From Alphaproteobacteria bacterium (lineage in GTDB: Bacteria > Pseudomonadota > Alphaproteobacteria > GCA-2746255): a DNA stretch of 64,000 bases. The translations under genes and the position numbers were made by a program. The stretch spans positions 65,459 through 129,458 of the forward strand of contig JAGWAR010000002.1 in NCBI GenBank assembly GCA_021296325.1, written 5' to 3'. Of the stretch, positions 63,397 through 64,000 are shown piece after piece; position 1 is the first letter of the stretch; every line of letters begins with the position of its first letter. The notes beneath the pieces are model-generated. The model was not told the DNA's origin. It searched no databases and saw nothing but the letters and a program-made list of their open reading frames with translations.

Positions 63397-64000
63397 ATGT
63401 TCAGCGCCCTTTCCGGCATCAAGGTCCTCGACCTTTCCCAATACGTTCCGGGTCCCTATGCAACGCTGATGCTGGCCGATTGCGGCGCCGACGTTCTAAA
63501 GGTCGAGCCCCCCGGCGGCGACCCGATGCGCGGGTTTGCGCCGCTGGACAAGGACGGCGTCTCGCGGATTTACAAGGCCTTCAACCGCAACAAAAAGACG
63601 ATCACGCTCAACCTCAAGACCGACCGGGGCAAGGCGGCCTTCGAAGGGCTGCTGGAGCGGGCCGACATATTGCTGGAGTCCTTCCGCCCGGAGGTAATGG
63701 CAAGGCTCGGTTTTTCGCGCGCGCGCATCGCCGAACTCAATCCGCGGCTTCTGCATTGCGCACTGACCGGCTATGGCCAGGAGGGTCCGCTGAAAGACGC
63801 CTCCGGCCACGACGTGAACTACATGGCGCTGATGGGAGGCCTGGCGGCTTCCGGAACCGGGCAACGGCCGGTCCCGGCCTTTCCGCTGGTTGCCGATCAC
63901 GCCTCGGCCATGCACACCGTGATCGCCCTCCTGGCCGCCCTGCTCGACCGGGCGAAGACGGGCAAGGGCACGTTTCTCGACGTCAGCATCGCCGAATCCG
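63397..64000 (+). CDS. CaiB/BaiF family III CoA-transferase or alpha-methylacyl-CoA racemase (partial, runs off the window)
   Basis: MFSALSGIKVLDLSQYVPGPYATLMLAD.GADVLKVEPP.GD..R, NRNKK, ESFRP, TGYGQ.GP, GHDVNY. Not in the ORF track. Confidence 0.88.
   Translation, partial: MFSALSGIKVLDLSQYVPGPYATLMLADCGADVLKVEPPGGDPMRGFAPLDKDGVSRIYKAFNRNKKTITLNLKTDRGKAAFEGLLERADILLESFRPEVMARLGFSRARIAELNPRLLHCALTGYGQEGPLKDASGHDVNYMALMGGLAASGTGQRPVPAFPLVADHASAMHTVIALLAALLDRAKTGKGTFLDVSIAES

Overview
High-GC alphaproteobacterial chromosome segment (Rhodospirillales-like gene content and order). Most of it is core housekeeping: korB (3' end), FprA-type reductase, tRNA-Gln, ispE, ETF-QO, udg, slt, moaB, rnhB, ccrM, mutY, smc, the F0 atp operon, gcvT-H-PA-PB, thrB, rnhA, thrC, an aa3 cytochrome c oxidase operon, tldD, gshA, rsmE and ubiA. 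From about 49.6 kb there is an accessory acyl-CoA catabolic cluster combining aliB/badI ring-cleavage genes with an Atu/Liu-like biotin-carboxylase operon, and a shared palindromic operator appears to link them. I saw no transposase, integrase, phage gene, rRNA or CRISPR array. Three observations stand out. (1) Three tandem genes at 1870-3947 each begin with the same PodJ-N-terminus-like, ribbon-helix-helix-like motif but carry different cargo: nothing; a coiled coil plus a putative amphipathic tail; or TM + Sel1 + peptidoglycan-binding domain. This looks like a split or modular PodJ-like system. (2) An AT-rich patch after ccrM has a perfect DnaA box 2 bp from a perfect CtrA box and an IHF-like site, upstream of an orphan receiver-Hpt gene. 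(3) The catabolic regulon may act on methyl-branched alicyclic acids. All assignments come from motif recognition by eye; no searches were run.
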